Source: Acidimicrobiales bacterium
GTDB lineage: Bacteria; Actinomycetota; Acidimicrobiia; Acidimicrobiales; RAAP-2
Direction: 5' to 3'
DNA length: 64,000 nt
Assembly (NCBI GenBank): GCA_050014755.1
Contig: JBEKCS010000008.1
Coordinates: forward strand, 11,820 to 75,819
This document shows positions 16,739 to 26,102 of this stretch, in pieces (within the stretch, counting starts at the first letter, position 1; every line of letters starts with the position of its first letter). Position numbers and translations under genes: made by a program. The notes beneath the pieces are model-generated. The model was not told where the DNA came from and ran no database searches. It was given only the letters and a program-made list of their open reading frames with translations.

Positions 16739-18649
16739 ATGACAGCCACGGCGCAGCATGCGGCCCACCCGCACGACCCGCTGACAGTCGACGAGGTTCG
16801 CCAGGCCGTCGCTTCGGTCCGCGACAGCGGGAGGGTGCCCGAGGGCGCGCTGTTCGCCACGGTGGCGGTCGACGAGCCCACCCGGGCCGAGGTGACGGCG
16901 TTCGCGGCAGGGACACCGGTCGACCGTCGGATCCGGCTGGTCGTGCTCCCCGGCCCGGAAGCATCCGTCGTCGAGGCCGTGGTGCGGGCGGCCGACGGAC
17001 AGCTCGTCGGGTGGACCGAGCTGGACGACGTCCGCCCGGCCCTGCTCTTCGACGACGCCTACCGCTCGATCCTGGCCCTCAAGGCCGATCCCGACTGGCA
17101 GGCGGCCATGGAGCGCCGGGGGATCACCGACTTCGACCGGGTGCAGATCGACCCCTGGCCCACCGGCCACTTCGAGCGGCCCGTCGAGGAGGGCAGACGG
17201 ATCACCCGGTGCCTCTCCTACTACCGGGAGGAGCCGTCGGACAACGGGTACGCCCGTCCGATCGAGGGCGTGTTGGCCACCGTCGACGCCGCCCGGGGCG
17301 AGGTCCTCGAGGTCGTCGACTACGGGGTGGTCCCGCTCGCCCCCGGACGGGGCAGCTACCTGCCCGAGCACAACGAGCCGTTGCGCACCGGCCTGTTGCC
17401 CCTCGAGATCGCCCAACCCGAGGGGGTGAGCTTCGCTATCGACGGCAACCGCCTCGCCTGGCAGCACTGGACCATGCGGGTGGCCATGACCCCGCTCGAG
17501 GGACTGGTCCTCCACGACGTGGGCTGGATCGACGAGGACACGGGCACGACCAGGACCATCCTCAGCCGGGCCGCCATCAGCGAGATGGTCGTCCCCTACG
17601 GCGACCCGGGGCCCATGCACAACTGGAAGAACGCCTTCGACGTCGGTGAGTGGGGCCTCGGACGGATGGCCAACTCGCTGAAGCTGGGCTGTGACTGCCT
17701 GGGCGAGATCACCTACCTCGACGCCGTGTTCGCCAGTGAGCACGGCAAGCCGTATGTGCTGGAGCACGCCATCTGCATCCACGAGGAGGACTACGGGATC
17801 CTCTGGAAGCACGTCGACCTGGGCACCGACCGCGCCGAGGTGCGCCGGTCACGGCGGTTGGTGGTCTCCTCCATCTCGACCGTGGGCAACTACGAGTACG
17901 GCTTCTACTGGTACTTCTACCTCGACGGGACCATCCAACACGAGGTGAAACTCACCGGCATCATGTCGACGAGGGGGATTCCGCCGGGTGCGACCGCCGA
18001 CCACGCCACCGTGATCGCCCCGGGACTCGCCGCCCCCATCCACCAGCACCTGTTCTGTGCCCGGCTCGACCCCGCCGTCGACGGCGAGATCAACGAGGTC
18101 CACGAGGTCTCCTTCGCCGGCGAGGCACCCGGACCGGACAATCCGTTGGGGAACGCCATCGAACGCCGGGTCACCCGGCTCGGCTCCGAGGCCGCCGCAC
18201 GACGGGACGTCGACGCCGCGGGAAGCCGGCACTGGCGGATCGTGAACCCGGATCGGGCCAACGGACTCGGCCAGCCCGTGGCATACAAGCTGGTCCCCGG
18301 ATCGACGCCCACCCTGCTCGCCCATCCCGACTCGAGCATCGGGCGGCGGGCCGGCTTCGCCCGGCACAACCTGTGGGTCACCCCCTACCGCCCCGAGGAA
18401 CGACGGGCGGCCGGCGACTACCCCAATCAGCACGCCGGGGGTGCCGGCCTGCCCGAGTGGACGTCGGCCGACCGTCCGTTGGTGGGGACACCCGTCGTCG
18501 TGTGGCACACCTTCGGGGTGACCCACTCGCCCCGTCCCGAGGACTGGCCGGTCATGCCGGTCGAGTACTGCGGGTTCCACCTGGTGGCGGCCGGCTTCTT
18601 CGACCGGAACCCGGCGCTGGACCTCCCGCCACCCGACCACTGCCACTGA
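16739..18649 (+). CDS. Copper amine oxidase (topaquinone-dependent primary-amine oxidase)
   Basis: 636 aa with the TPQ consensus NYEY (VGNYEYGFYWYFYLDG) and the Cu-ligand HQH (PIHQHLF). GAGGAGGAGG lies just before the ATG. Confidence 0.9.
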   Translation: MTATAQHAAHPHDPLTVDEVRQAVASVRDSGRVPEGALFATVAVDEPTRAEVTAFAAGTPVDRRIRLVVLPGPEASVVEAVVRAADGQLVGWTELDDVRPALLFDDAYRSILALKADPDWQAAMERRGITDFDRVQIDPWPTGHFERPVEEGRRITRCLSYYREEPSDNGYARPIEGVLATVDAARGEVLEVVDYGVVPLAPGRGSYLPEHNEPLRTGLLPLEIAQPEGVSFAIDGNRLAWQHWTMRVAMTPLEGLVLHDVGWIDEDTGTTRTILSRAAISEMVVPYGDPGPMHNWKNAFDVGEWGLGRMANSLKLGCDCLGEITYLDAVFASEHGKPYVLEHAICIHEEDYGILWKHVDLGTDRAEVRRSRRLVVSSISTVGNYEYGFYWYFYLDGTIQHEVKLTGIMSTRGIPPGATADHATVIAPGLAAPIHQHLFCARLDPAVDGEINEVHEVSFAGEAPGPDNPLGNAIERRVTRLGSEAAARRDVDAAGSRHWRIVNPDRANGLGQPVAYKLVPGSTPTLLAHPDSSIGRRAGFARHNLWVTPYRPEERRAAGDYPNQHAGGAGLPEWTSADRPLVGTPVVVWHTFGVTHSPRPEDWPVMPVEYCGFHLVAAGFFDRNPALDLPPPDHCH

Positions 18650-18677
18650 CGGGACGCGGCCGTCGACGGGCGTCCCG
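18650..18677 (+). terminator. Stem-loop immediately after the amine oxidase stop codon
   Basis: CGGGACGC (18650-18657) pairs perfectly with GCGTCCCG (18670-18677) across a 12-nt loop. There is no U-tract, so it could be a terminator or an attenuator. Confidence 0.35.
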
Positions 18678-18697
18678 GTGGTCGCTCCACCGATACC

Positions 18698-19522
18698 ATG
18701 ACCCGCATGCCCGACCTGGAGACACTGCTCTACGACGAGTCCGACGGCGTGGCCTGGGTCACCCTCAACCGACCCGAGGCCCTCAACGCCTTCGACCCCA
18801 CGATGCAGCGGGAGCTGCGCGAGCTGTGGCAGATGCTCCGCACCAACGACGACGTCCGCTGCATCGTCCTCACGGGCGCGGGCGACAAGGCGTTCTGCAC
18901 CGGCCTCGACCGCGAGGGGATCGGGGCCATCGAGGACCAGCCCCCGGGGAAACTCCCCGGCTACAACACGCCGTGGGACTTCGACGACCCGGGCAAGAGC
19001 GTGTGCCCCAAGTCGAACCACCTCTGGAAGCCGGTCATCGCCGCGGTCAACGGCATGGCCTGCGGAGGGGCGTTCTACATCCTCGGCGAGGTCGACTTCA
19101 TCATCGCCTCCGACCGGGCGACCTTCTTCGACCCCCATGTGACCTACGGCATGCCCGCCGCGTTCGAGCCGATCTTCCTGCTCCACAAGATGCCGTTCCA
19201 GGAGGTCATGCGCCTGTCACTGCTCGGTTCCTACGAACGGATGTCGGCCGACCGGGCCCACCAGATCGGTTTCGTCTCCGAGGTGGTCCCGGCCGCCGAG
19301 TTGGAGGAGCGGACCCGCTGGGCGGCCCGGGCCATCGCCGACCAGCCCGAGCGGGCCGTCGGCGGGACACTGCGGGCGCTGTGGATGGGACTCGAGATGT
19401 CGCGGCGCCAGGCACTCGATCACGCATTCCTGATCACCCACGTGGGAACCGACCCGGCGACACTGGCCGCGGGCCAACAGCAGTTCACCTCGGGCAAGCG
19501 GATCGACTGGCGCCTCCGCTGA
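18698..19522 (+). CDS. Enoyl-CoA hydratase/isomerase (crotonase) family protein
   Basis: VTLNRPEALNAF, VLTGAGDKAFCTGLD and AAVNGMACGGAF. Confidence 0.9.
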   Translation: MTRMPDLETLLYDESDGVAWVTLNRPEALNAFDPTMQRELRELWQMLRTNDDVRCIVLTGAGDKAFCTGLDREGIGAIEDQPPGKLPGYNTPWDFDDPGKSVCPKSNHLWKPVIAAVNGMACGGAFYILGEVDFIIASDRATFFDPHVTYGMPAAFEPIFLLHKMPFQEVMRLSLLGSYERMSADRAHQIGFVSEVVPAAELEERTRWAARAIADQPERAVGGTLRALWMGLEMSRRQALDHAFLITHVGTDPATLAAGQQQFTSGKRIDWRLR

Positions 19523-19626
19523 CCTGATGGGCACCACGTGATCTCCGGCACGACACCGCACCGCGTCGTCCTGCAGCGCGACCGGTGGCAGTCTGGGGCC
19601 GTGCGCGTTCGAGCGGCGGAGCGACC

Positions 19627-20055
19627 ATGACCGGCAACCGGGACACCGCCGGTCGTCGCCCGGTGGTGCTCGGACCGGGCGAGGGCCGGGCCTACCCGAT
19701 GGGTAGTGTCACGGCCGTCTTCAAGGCCGACGGCGCCGAGACGGACGACGGCTATTCGATCTCGGAGTGGTGGCTCGACCCGTTCACCAAGGGGCCCGGC
19801 GCCCACTCCCACCCGGAGGACGACGTGTTCTACGTCCTCGCCGGCACCATGAGCGTTCTGGTCGGCACCGAATGGATCGTGGCGGGCACCGGATCGTTCG
19901 TCCTGGTGCCGGGAGGCGTGGTCCACGATTTCGAAAACCGCGGCCCGGACCGTGCCGGGATGCTCAACGTCTCGGCCCCGGGCAATTTCGAGCAGCACAT
20001 GCCCGGCATCGCGGAGTGGTTCGCCGCGCGACCCCCGGGGGACACCCGCGCCTGA
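19627..20055 (+). CDS. Cupin domain protein
   Basis: GPGAHSHPEDDVFYVLAG and VLVPGGVVHDFEN. ATG 19627 is preferred over GTG 19585. Confidence 0.8.
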   Translation: MTGNRDTAGRRPVVLGPGEGRAYPMGSVTAVFKADGAETDDGYSISEWWLDPFTKGPGAHSHPEDDVFYVLAGTMSVLVGTEWIVAGTGSFVLVPGGVVHDFENRGPDRAGMLNVSAPGNFEQHMPGIAEWFAARPPGDTRA

Positions 20056-20168
20056 GGCACGGTCGGGGGGGTCCACCCGGATTCAGCAGACGGCACTCGA
20101 TCCACCGACCGACTCCCTACGTCGTGAACCCCGTGGGTGGCCGGACACCCCGCCGAGCCCGAAGGCGG

Positions 20169-21713
20169 TCAGAGCGGAGGGAGGCCGAGTGCCGCCCGCA
20201 CTCGTCGGCCGGCCGCGGTACCGAGATCGGCTTTCGGGATCACCGGCGCATGGTCGCGACGTGCCTCCGTAGGGTTCGTCTGTCCCGCAAGGTAGGCCTG
20301 GGCACGACTGTTCGTGCCCACCAAGGTGCCGATGGCAGATCGGGCCGTCGCCGGCCACGCCTGGCTCTCCAGGGCAGAGTCGAACCCGCCCAAGGCACCA
20401 TCGAATTGCCGCATTTCCACCATTCGGGTCCGCACCGAATCATCGTTCCACCGACCCATCGCCAGGTAATAGGCGTTGGCCTCATCGTCAAACATGGTGA
20501 CGTCGGCGAGATACAGCCCGGCGGCACCGGTCGCCGGAACGAGGGAGAACGAGTCGTCGTGGACCGGAGTCGGGACCAAGTCGACCAAGGACACGGACGA
20601 GAGGGCCTGGGCATGGGCAAAGGAGAGCTTGGGGATCCGTCCGTTGATCTCGAGGTGATCGAACGTGACGGTCGAGGTCACCGGATACGGCAGGTCGGCC
20701 GTGGCCTGGTTGTTGGCTACCGGGTCCTCCTGGATCCACTGGCCCCGGTTGACCGAGCTGCTCGCCCCGAACTGGACGACCAGCTCCGCGCTCTGTCCAC
20801 CGCTCATCACGAGCTTCCATCCTGACTGGGTCCGTGCGATCTCGGCCGAGATCGTGCTGCCAGGTCGAACCACCCCGAGACTCACTGGGTGGAAGCCCTG
20901 TTGCGCGTCGCTCCAGAACGCCTCGTAGAAGGGTCGACACGGTGACTGGATGGCAGGAGACGCCGGGTCGAACCTCTCCGGAAGTGGTCGGCAGTTCTCG
21001 GTGGTTCCGAGCTGGACGAAGGCTCCCTGCGCACCGGGACCCTGTACGGCGATCCATGTTGACGCCCATCCCGGTGGCGACGTGCTCTGGATCGTCGGCA
21101 CCTGCCACTCACCTCGGATGACGGAGACGGTTCCGTACCAGGAATAGCCACCGAATCCGGTAGCCGGTGCCGGCGCCGGCGCCGGAGCCGGAGCCGAAGT
21201 CGGAGCAGTGGGCAGCGTCGGTTCGGTCGTGGAAGGACCCCCTGACGTACCGGCGAGGTACCCGACCGTCGCGCCGACTGCCCCGGTCACCAGAATCGCC
21301 ACCACTGCGCCGACCCGCCGTCCCCGACGCATCCGGCTGTCGGTCGAGCCTCCCGTTCCGCTCCCGGTGACCCTCGCATGACCGACGGCACGATCGTCTC
21401 CGTCCAGGACGGCGTCACCTGCGACGTAGGCATCGTCCGTGACCAGGGCACTCCCGAGGATCCGGGCGTCACCCTCCACGACCGCATCGCCACCGACCCG
21501 GGCCCGATCTGCCACCACTGCCCGGCCACAGAGCCATGCCGTGTCGACGACTGCTCCTTCGTCGAGGAGACGGGCATGACCGAACACCGCCGCCCGCTCG
21601 CCGACAACGGCCGACGGAGACACTGCCGCGGTGTCCGCCACCCACCCGCCACCATTGGGGTGGCGGTGCGCGGCCGTCGGCCCGTTTCCGTCGTCGAAGT
21701 CGTGGAGCGTCAC
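20169..21713 (-). CDS. Membrane-anchored protein: cytoplasmic beta-helix-like repeats + 1 TM + Pro/Ala linker + G1 (eqolisin/peptidase A4)-like domain + unknown C-terminal domain
   Basis: GTG 21713 is preceded by GAGGGAGG and lies 14 nt after the stop of the upstream ligase gene. The N-terminus has HPNGGGWVADTAAV plus hexapeptide-like repeats. The TM segment is VGAVVAILVTGAVGATVGYLAG, followed by APAPAPAPAPA. G1-like motifs are YSWYG, STWIAVQG, FVQLG, FYEAFWSD and GQWIQEDP. Confidence 0.65.
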   Translation of the reverse strand: MTLHDFDDGNGPTAAHRHPNGGGWVADTAAVSPSAVVGERAAVFGHARLLDEGAVVDTAWLCGRAVVADRARVGGDAVVEGDARILGSALVTDDAYVAGDAVLDGDDRAVGHARVTGSGTGGSTDSRMRRGRRVGAVVAILVTGAVGATVGYLAGTSGGPSTTEPTLPTAPTSAPAPAPAPAPATGFGGYSWYGTVSVIRGEWQVPTIQSTSPPGWASTWIAVQGPGAQGAFVQLGTTENCRPLPERFDPASPAIQSPCRPFYEAFWSDAQQGFHPVSLGVVRPGSTISAEIARTQSGWKLVMSGGQSAELVVQFGASSSVNRGQWIQEDPVANNQATADLPYPVTSTVTFDHLEINGRIPKLSFAHAQALSSVSLVDLVPTPVHDDSFSLVPATGAAGLYLADVTMFDDEANAYYLAMGRWNDDSVRTRMVEMRQFDGALGGFDSALESQAWPATARSAIGTLVGTNSRAQAYLAGQTNPTEARRDHAPVIPKADLGTAAGRRVRAALGLPPL

Positions 21714-21726
21714 GGCGCCTCCCTCG

Positions 21727-23277
21727 TCAGCCGTCGAGTTCCTCCGCCCGTCGCCGCAACGACGGCCGGTCCGGCTTCCCCACCCCCAACACCGGGACCT
21801 CGTCGAGGTGGACCACGTACTCCGGTGTCTTGAACCGGGCCACGCCCTGGGCCTCGAACCATCGCCGTGCCTCGGCGACGTCGACGGTGGGGTCGCCGAC
21901 CACGAAGGCGACCACCCGCTCGCCGAAACGGTCGTCGGGCCGGCCGACGACCACCGCCTGACGGATGCCCTCGTGCTGCTCGAGCACCCGCTCGACCTCG
22001 GCCGAGGCGATGTTCTCGCCACCGCGGATGATGAGCTCCTTCAGTCGTCCGCCGATGGTCAGCCACCCCTCGTCGTCGAGGACCCCGAGGTCGCCGGTGG
22101 CGAACCATCCCCGGCGCACCGCATCGCGGGTCTGGGATGCATCGCCGTAGCCGACGAACAGCTCGGGGCCCCGTACCTGGACCTCCCCCCTGGTCCCGGC
22201 CGGCAGCGTGCGGCCCGTCACCGGGTCCACCACCCGGACGGCAGCCCCGCCCACCGAGTGGCCGTCGGTGTCTCGGGCCTTGTCCGCCGAGTCCCACCAC
22301 GCGCTGGTGGTCACCGTCGGGGCCTCGGTGGAGCCGTAGGTGCGCTTGACCAGCGCGCCCAGACCCTCGCGGGCGGTGTCGATGAACTCCGGCGTCACCC
22401 CCATGGCCCCGCAGGACACGATCCGCAGGTGCTCCACCCGGGTCCGGTAGCCGGGGACATCCATGAGCGAGAGGAAGATGGTGGGCGGTCCGATCATGAA
22501 GCTGGCCCGGTGGCGTCCGGCCAGGAGTGCGGCCCGTTCGGGGTCCCACTTCTCCATCAGCACCACCGGCATGCCCGCCGACCCGGGCACCAGGATCGAG
22601 TTCAAGAGGCCGGAGACATGGGCCAGTGGCGAGGGCATGAGGGCCACGTCGTCCGGGCCGAGCCCGTGGGCCGTCGCCATGCTGTGCGCCTTGTAGGCCA
22701 GACCACGGTGACTGTGCAGCACGGCCTTCGGGTTGCCCGTCGATCCCGAGGTGAACAACACCACGGCCACGTCCGATCCACGGGCGGGGCCGACGGCCGA
22801 TGGTCGGCCGTCCAGCAACGCCTCGAACCGGGGATCGCCGGTGCGTACGCCGATCACCCCTGTCGGCGTCGTCGCGTCGGCCAGCGGGAGCCCACCGGCG
22901 GCCAGGAGCACCTTCGGATCCAGCTCGACCAGGATCCGCTCGACCTCGGCCGACCCCACCTGGTGGTGGATGGGGGTCGCCACCGCGCCGCACCGCCAAC
23001 AGGCATGGAAGAGGACCACCGCCTCCCACCAATTGGGCAGCTGCCAGGCAACCACGTCCCGGTGGCGCACCCCGAGGGCCCGCAGGCTCCCGGCCACCGA
23101 CGACGCCAGCCTGTCCAGCGTGGCGTGGTCCAGCACGACATCGCCGTCGACGACCGCCGGGGCCCCCGCCGACCGGGGCGACGAGAGCAGCCGGTCGAGT
23201 CCGGGTACGTCCCAGGCTCCGCCCGGGAGGCGGTACTCGTCAGCGCCCGACTGGTGGAACGTGGCGCCGAGCCTCAC
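21727..23277 (-). CDS. AMP-dependent acyl-CoA synthetase/ligase
   Basis: VLFTSGSTGNPKAV, YGSTE and TGDLGVLDDEGWLTIGGRLKE. The start is uncertain (GTG 23277). Confidence 0.85.
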   Translation of the reverse strand: MRLGATFHQSGADEYRLPGGAWDVPGLDRLLSSPRSAGAPAVVDGDVVLDHATLDRLASSVAGSLRALGVRHRDVVAWQLPNWWEAVVLFHACWRCGAVATPIHHQVGSAEVERILVELDPKVLLAAGGLPLADATTPTGVIGVRTGDPRFEALLDGRPSAVGPARGSDVAVVLFTSGSTGNPKAVLHSHRGLAYKAHSMATAHGLGPDDVALMPSPLAHVSGLLNSILVPGSAGMPVVLMEKWDPERAALLAGRHRASFMIGPPTIFLSLMDVPGYRTRVEHLRIVSCGAMGVTPEFIDTAREGLGALVKRTYGSTEAPTVTTSAWWDSADKARDTDGHSVGGAAVRVVDPVTGRTLPAGTRGEVQVRGPELFVGYGDASQTRDAVRRGWFATGDLGVLDDEGWLTIGGRLKELIIRGGENIASAEVERVLEQHEGIRQAVVVGRPDDRFGERVVAFVVGDPTVDVAEARRWFEAQGVARFKTPEYVVHLDEVPVLGVGKPDRPSLRRRAEELDG

Positions 23278-23488
23278 CTGTCGACCGCGTTCTTCGACGA
23301 CCGGTGGCCTCCCGACAGCCTCGGCGGCCCCGACGCAACCCTGTTCTCCACGATCCTCCCCCGGACCCGTTCTCCGTCCGTCTCCCGGTGCCGGGGCGGA
23401 TGCGCCACCACTTTAGACACCGACCCGTGACCATCCCGTTCGAGGCGGAACGCCCGGCGCGGACTGGGCGAATCATCGTAGAGTTCCT

Positions 23489-23514
23489 CGGTGACGGCCC
23501 TGGCGCCGTCACCG
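23489..23514. promoter_or_regulatory. 10-bp perfect inverted repeat CGGTGACGGC-N6-GCCGTCACCG upstream of the P450 gene
   Basis: Read directly. It ends about 30 nt before ATG 23545. It is either an operator or a 5'-UTR hairpin. Confidence 0.3.
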
Positions 23515-23544
23515 GAGCCACCGCCTCATCAGCCAAGGAGCCCC

Positions 23545-24744
23545 ATGGACAGTTCGACGCCGCCGCCCGAAGACCCGTTCGCCGCCATGGACCCCGAGTC
23601 GGCCGCCCATCCGCAGCCGATGTTCAAGATGCTGCGCGAATCGATGCCGGTCATCCCGGTCGAGGGACGCGGCGTGGCCCTGACCCGGAAGGTCGACGTC
23701 GACGAGGTCTTCCGCCATCCCGAGATCTTCTCGTCCAACGCCGACGCCGTCGATCTCCAGAACGTCCGACCTCTGATCCCGCTCCAGATCGACCCGCCCG
23801 ACCACAAGAAGTTCCGCAAGCTGCTCGACCCCATCTTCGCTCCCCGAGAGGTGGCCAAGCTCGAGGAGTCGCTCGTCGTCGCCGTCAACGAGCTCATCGA
23901 CGGGTTCATCGACCGGGGTGAGGTCGACTTCGCCGGAGAGTTCTCGACGCTGTTCCCCACCCGCGTCTTCCTCAACCTCCTCGGGCTGCCGGTCGACGAG
24001 CTGCCGCGGTTCCTGGCCATGAAGGACGGCATCATCCGTCCACAGGAGGCCGTCGGCAGCGTCTACGGGAGCCCCGAGACCCTGGCCCACCAGAAGCGGA
24101 CGGCCGATTCGATCTACGACTACTTCAACGAGGTGCTCGACCAGCGGGAGATCGAGCGCCGCGACGACCTGCTCAGCCGGTTCCTCGACGCCAGCGTGGA
24201 CGGCCAGCGGCTCACGCGCGAGGACATCCTCGACATCTGCTTCCTCTTCCTGATCGCCGGCCTGGACACGGTGACCGCGTCGCTCGACTGCATGTTCGGC
24301 TACCTGGCCGACCATCCCGAGCACCGCCGCCAGATCGTCGACGACCCCTCGCTCATACCTGCGGCCATCGAGGAGCTCCTCCGCTGGGAGACCCCGGTGA
24401 TGGGCGTGGTCCGGGTGGCCGTCGCCGACACCGAGATCGACAGCTGCCCCGTCAACCAGGGGGACCTGGTCATGGTCATGCTCAGCTCGGTCAACACCGA
24501 CGAGGCCGAGCTGCCCGACGCCGACATGGTCCGGTTCGACCGCGAGGTCAACCGCCACCTCGCCTTCGGCGGAGGCGTCCACCGCTGCCTCGGATCACAC
24601 CTGGCCCGCCAGGAACTCCGCATCGCCCTGCGGGAGTGGCACCGGAGGATTCCCGAGTACGCCGTGGCCGAGGGCCACACACTGAGGTACACCTCGGGTA
24701 TCCGGTCGATCGACCACTTCCCGATGGTCTTCGCCACCGCATGA
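23545..24744 (+). CDS. Cytochrome P450
   Basis: Heme-binding loop FGGGVHRCLGSHLA, EXXR (EELLRW), and an I-helix-like FLIAGLDTV. AAGGAG lies 5 nt upstream of the ATG. Confidence 0.9.
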   Translation: MDSSTPPPEDPFAAMDPESAAHPQPMFKMLRESMPVIPVEGRGVALTRKVDVDEVFRHPEIFSSNADAVDLQNVRPLIPLQIDPPDHKKFRKLLDPIFAPREVAKLEESLVVAVNELIDGFIDRGEVDFAGEFSTLFPTRVFLNLLGLPVDELPRFLAMKDGIIRPQEAVGSVYGSPETLAHQKRTADSIYDYFNEVLDQREIERRDDLLSRFLDASVDGQRLTREDILDICFLFLIAGLDTVTASLDCMFGYLADHPEHRRQIVDDPSLIPAAIEELLRWETPVMGVVRVAVADTEIDSCPVNQGDLVMVMLSSVNTDEAELPDADMVRFDREVNRHLAFGGGVHRCLGSHLARQELRIALREWHRRIPEYAVAEGHTLRYTSGIRSIDHFPMVFATA

Positions 24745-24788
24745 CCTTCGCCCGGTAGCCACCGTCGACCAGGACGGGCGCGGCCGGC

Positions 24789-26006
24789 TCAGAGGACGGC
24801 CCCGGACTCCTTGCAGGCGATGATGGCGTCCCAGTCCAGTCCCAGTTCGAGCAGGATCTCGTCGGTGTGCTGCCCGTGCCCGGGCGCGGCCACGAGCCGG
24901 TCGGCCTTCTCGTCCATCTGGACCGGATTGGCCACCAGGTCGTAGGACTGGCCATCGTCGCGATCGACGCGGGCGAGGTAGCCGTTGGCCGCCACCATCG
25001 GGTCGTCGACCAGCTCACTGGCCATCTGGACCGGGGCCCACGCTCCCGACAGGTTGGCCAGGATCGCCTTCCACTCCTCGTAGGTCTTGGAGGCGAACAG
25101 CTCGTCGAAGGTCCGGATGCACTCCTCGCGGTTGGCGAAGCGGGACCCGCCGTCGGCATAGCGCTCGTCGGTGATGAGGTCGGGACGGCCGACCAGGGTG
25201 CAGAACTCCGACCAGTACCGATCGGACTGGAGCATCATGAGGGTGATGAAGCGGTCGTCGCTGGTCCGGTAGCTCCCCACCAACGGGTTGGGTGAGGCGC
25301 TCCGCCCGAATTTCGGCATCGGGTCGCCGCCGTAGAGGCCGGACGCGACGATGTCGGGGGACAGCTGCCACATGGCCAGTCCGAGCAGCGACACGTCGAC
25401 GATCGGCGCCTCGCCCGTCCTGGCCAGCTGGACCAGTCCAGCCGCGATCCCCCCGGCGATGGCCATCCCACCGGCCAGGTCGCCGAAGGCGGCCCGGCCC
25501 CCGATGGGGAACTTGGAGTCGGAAGGCGTGAGGGCGTTGGCCACTCCCCCGCGTCCCCAGTAGACGGACCCGTCGTAGCCAGGCCGTTCGCGGTCCTCGC
25601 CCAGTGGCCCCTGGCCCGAACCCCTGGCGTAGACGATCCTCGGATTGACGGCCCTGATGTGCTCGACGTCGATCCTGAGTCGCTGGCGGACGGCGGGCAG
25701 GAAGCTGGTCAGGAACACGTCGGACGACTCGGCCAACTGGTAGAGGATGTCCAGGCCGGCCTCGGTGCCGATGTCGATGCCGATGCTCCGCTTGCCCCGG
25801 TTGGGCTGCTCCATGATGTAGTTGACGGCGTTCGGGCCACCGGGGATCAATCCCATCGACACGAGGCCCCGCTGGGGGTCGCCGGTCTCGGGGTGCTCGA
25901 CCTTGATGACGTCGGCACCCCAGTCGGCCAGTACCGCTCCGGCCGCCGGGACGAAGGTCCACGCCGCCACTTCGAGGACGCGGACACCGGAGAGTGCTTG
26001 GGACAT
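24789..26006 (-). CDS. CaiB/BaiF family (class III) CoA-transferase
   Basis: The N-terminus GVRVLEVAAWTFVPAAGAVLADWGADVIKVEHPETGDP is in the canonical order. Confidence 0.9.
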   Translation of the reverse strand: MSQALSGVRVLEVAAWTFVPAAGAVLADWGADVIKVEHPETGDPQRGLVSMGLIPGGPNAVNYIMEQPNRGKRSIGIDIGTEAGLDILYQLAESSDVFLTSFLPAVRQRLRIDVEHIRAVNPRIVYARGSGQGPLGEDRERPGYDGSVYWGRGGVANALTPSDSKFPIGGRAAFGDLAGGMAIAGGIAAGLVQLARTGEAPIVDVSLLGLAMWQLSPDIVASGLYGGDPMPKFGRSASPNPLVGSYRTSDDRFITLMMLQSDRYWSEFCTLVGRPDLITDERYADGGSRFANREECIRTFDELFASKTYEEWKAILANLSGAWAPVQMASELVDDPMVAANGYLARVDRDDGQSYDLVANPVQMDEKADRLVAAPGHGQHTDEILLELGLDWDAIIACKESGAVL

Positions 26007-26102
26007 GGGCGGATCCTTTGTTCGGGCGGCACCTCGACCGGGCGGGCGACCGCGTGCGGTGACCGGTCCGGCGTCAGGCCGGGTCCGGCGGACGGAAGAG
26101 GA

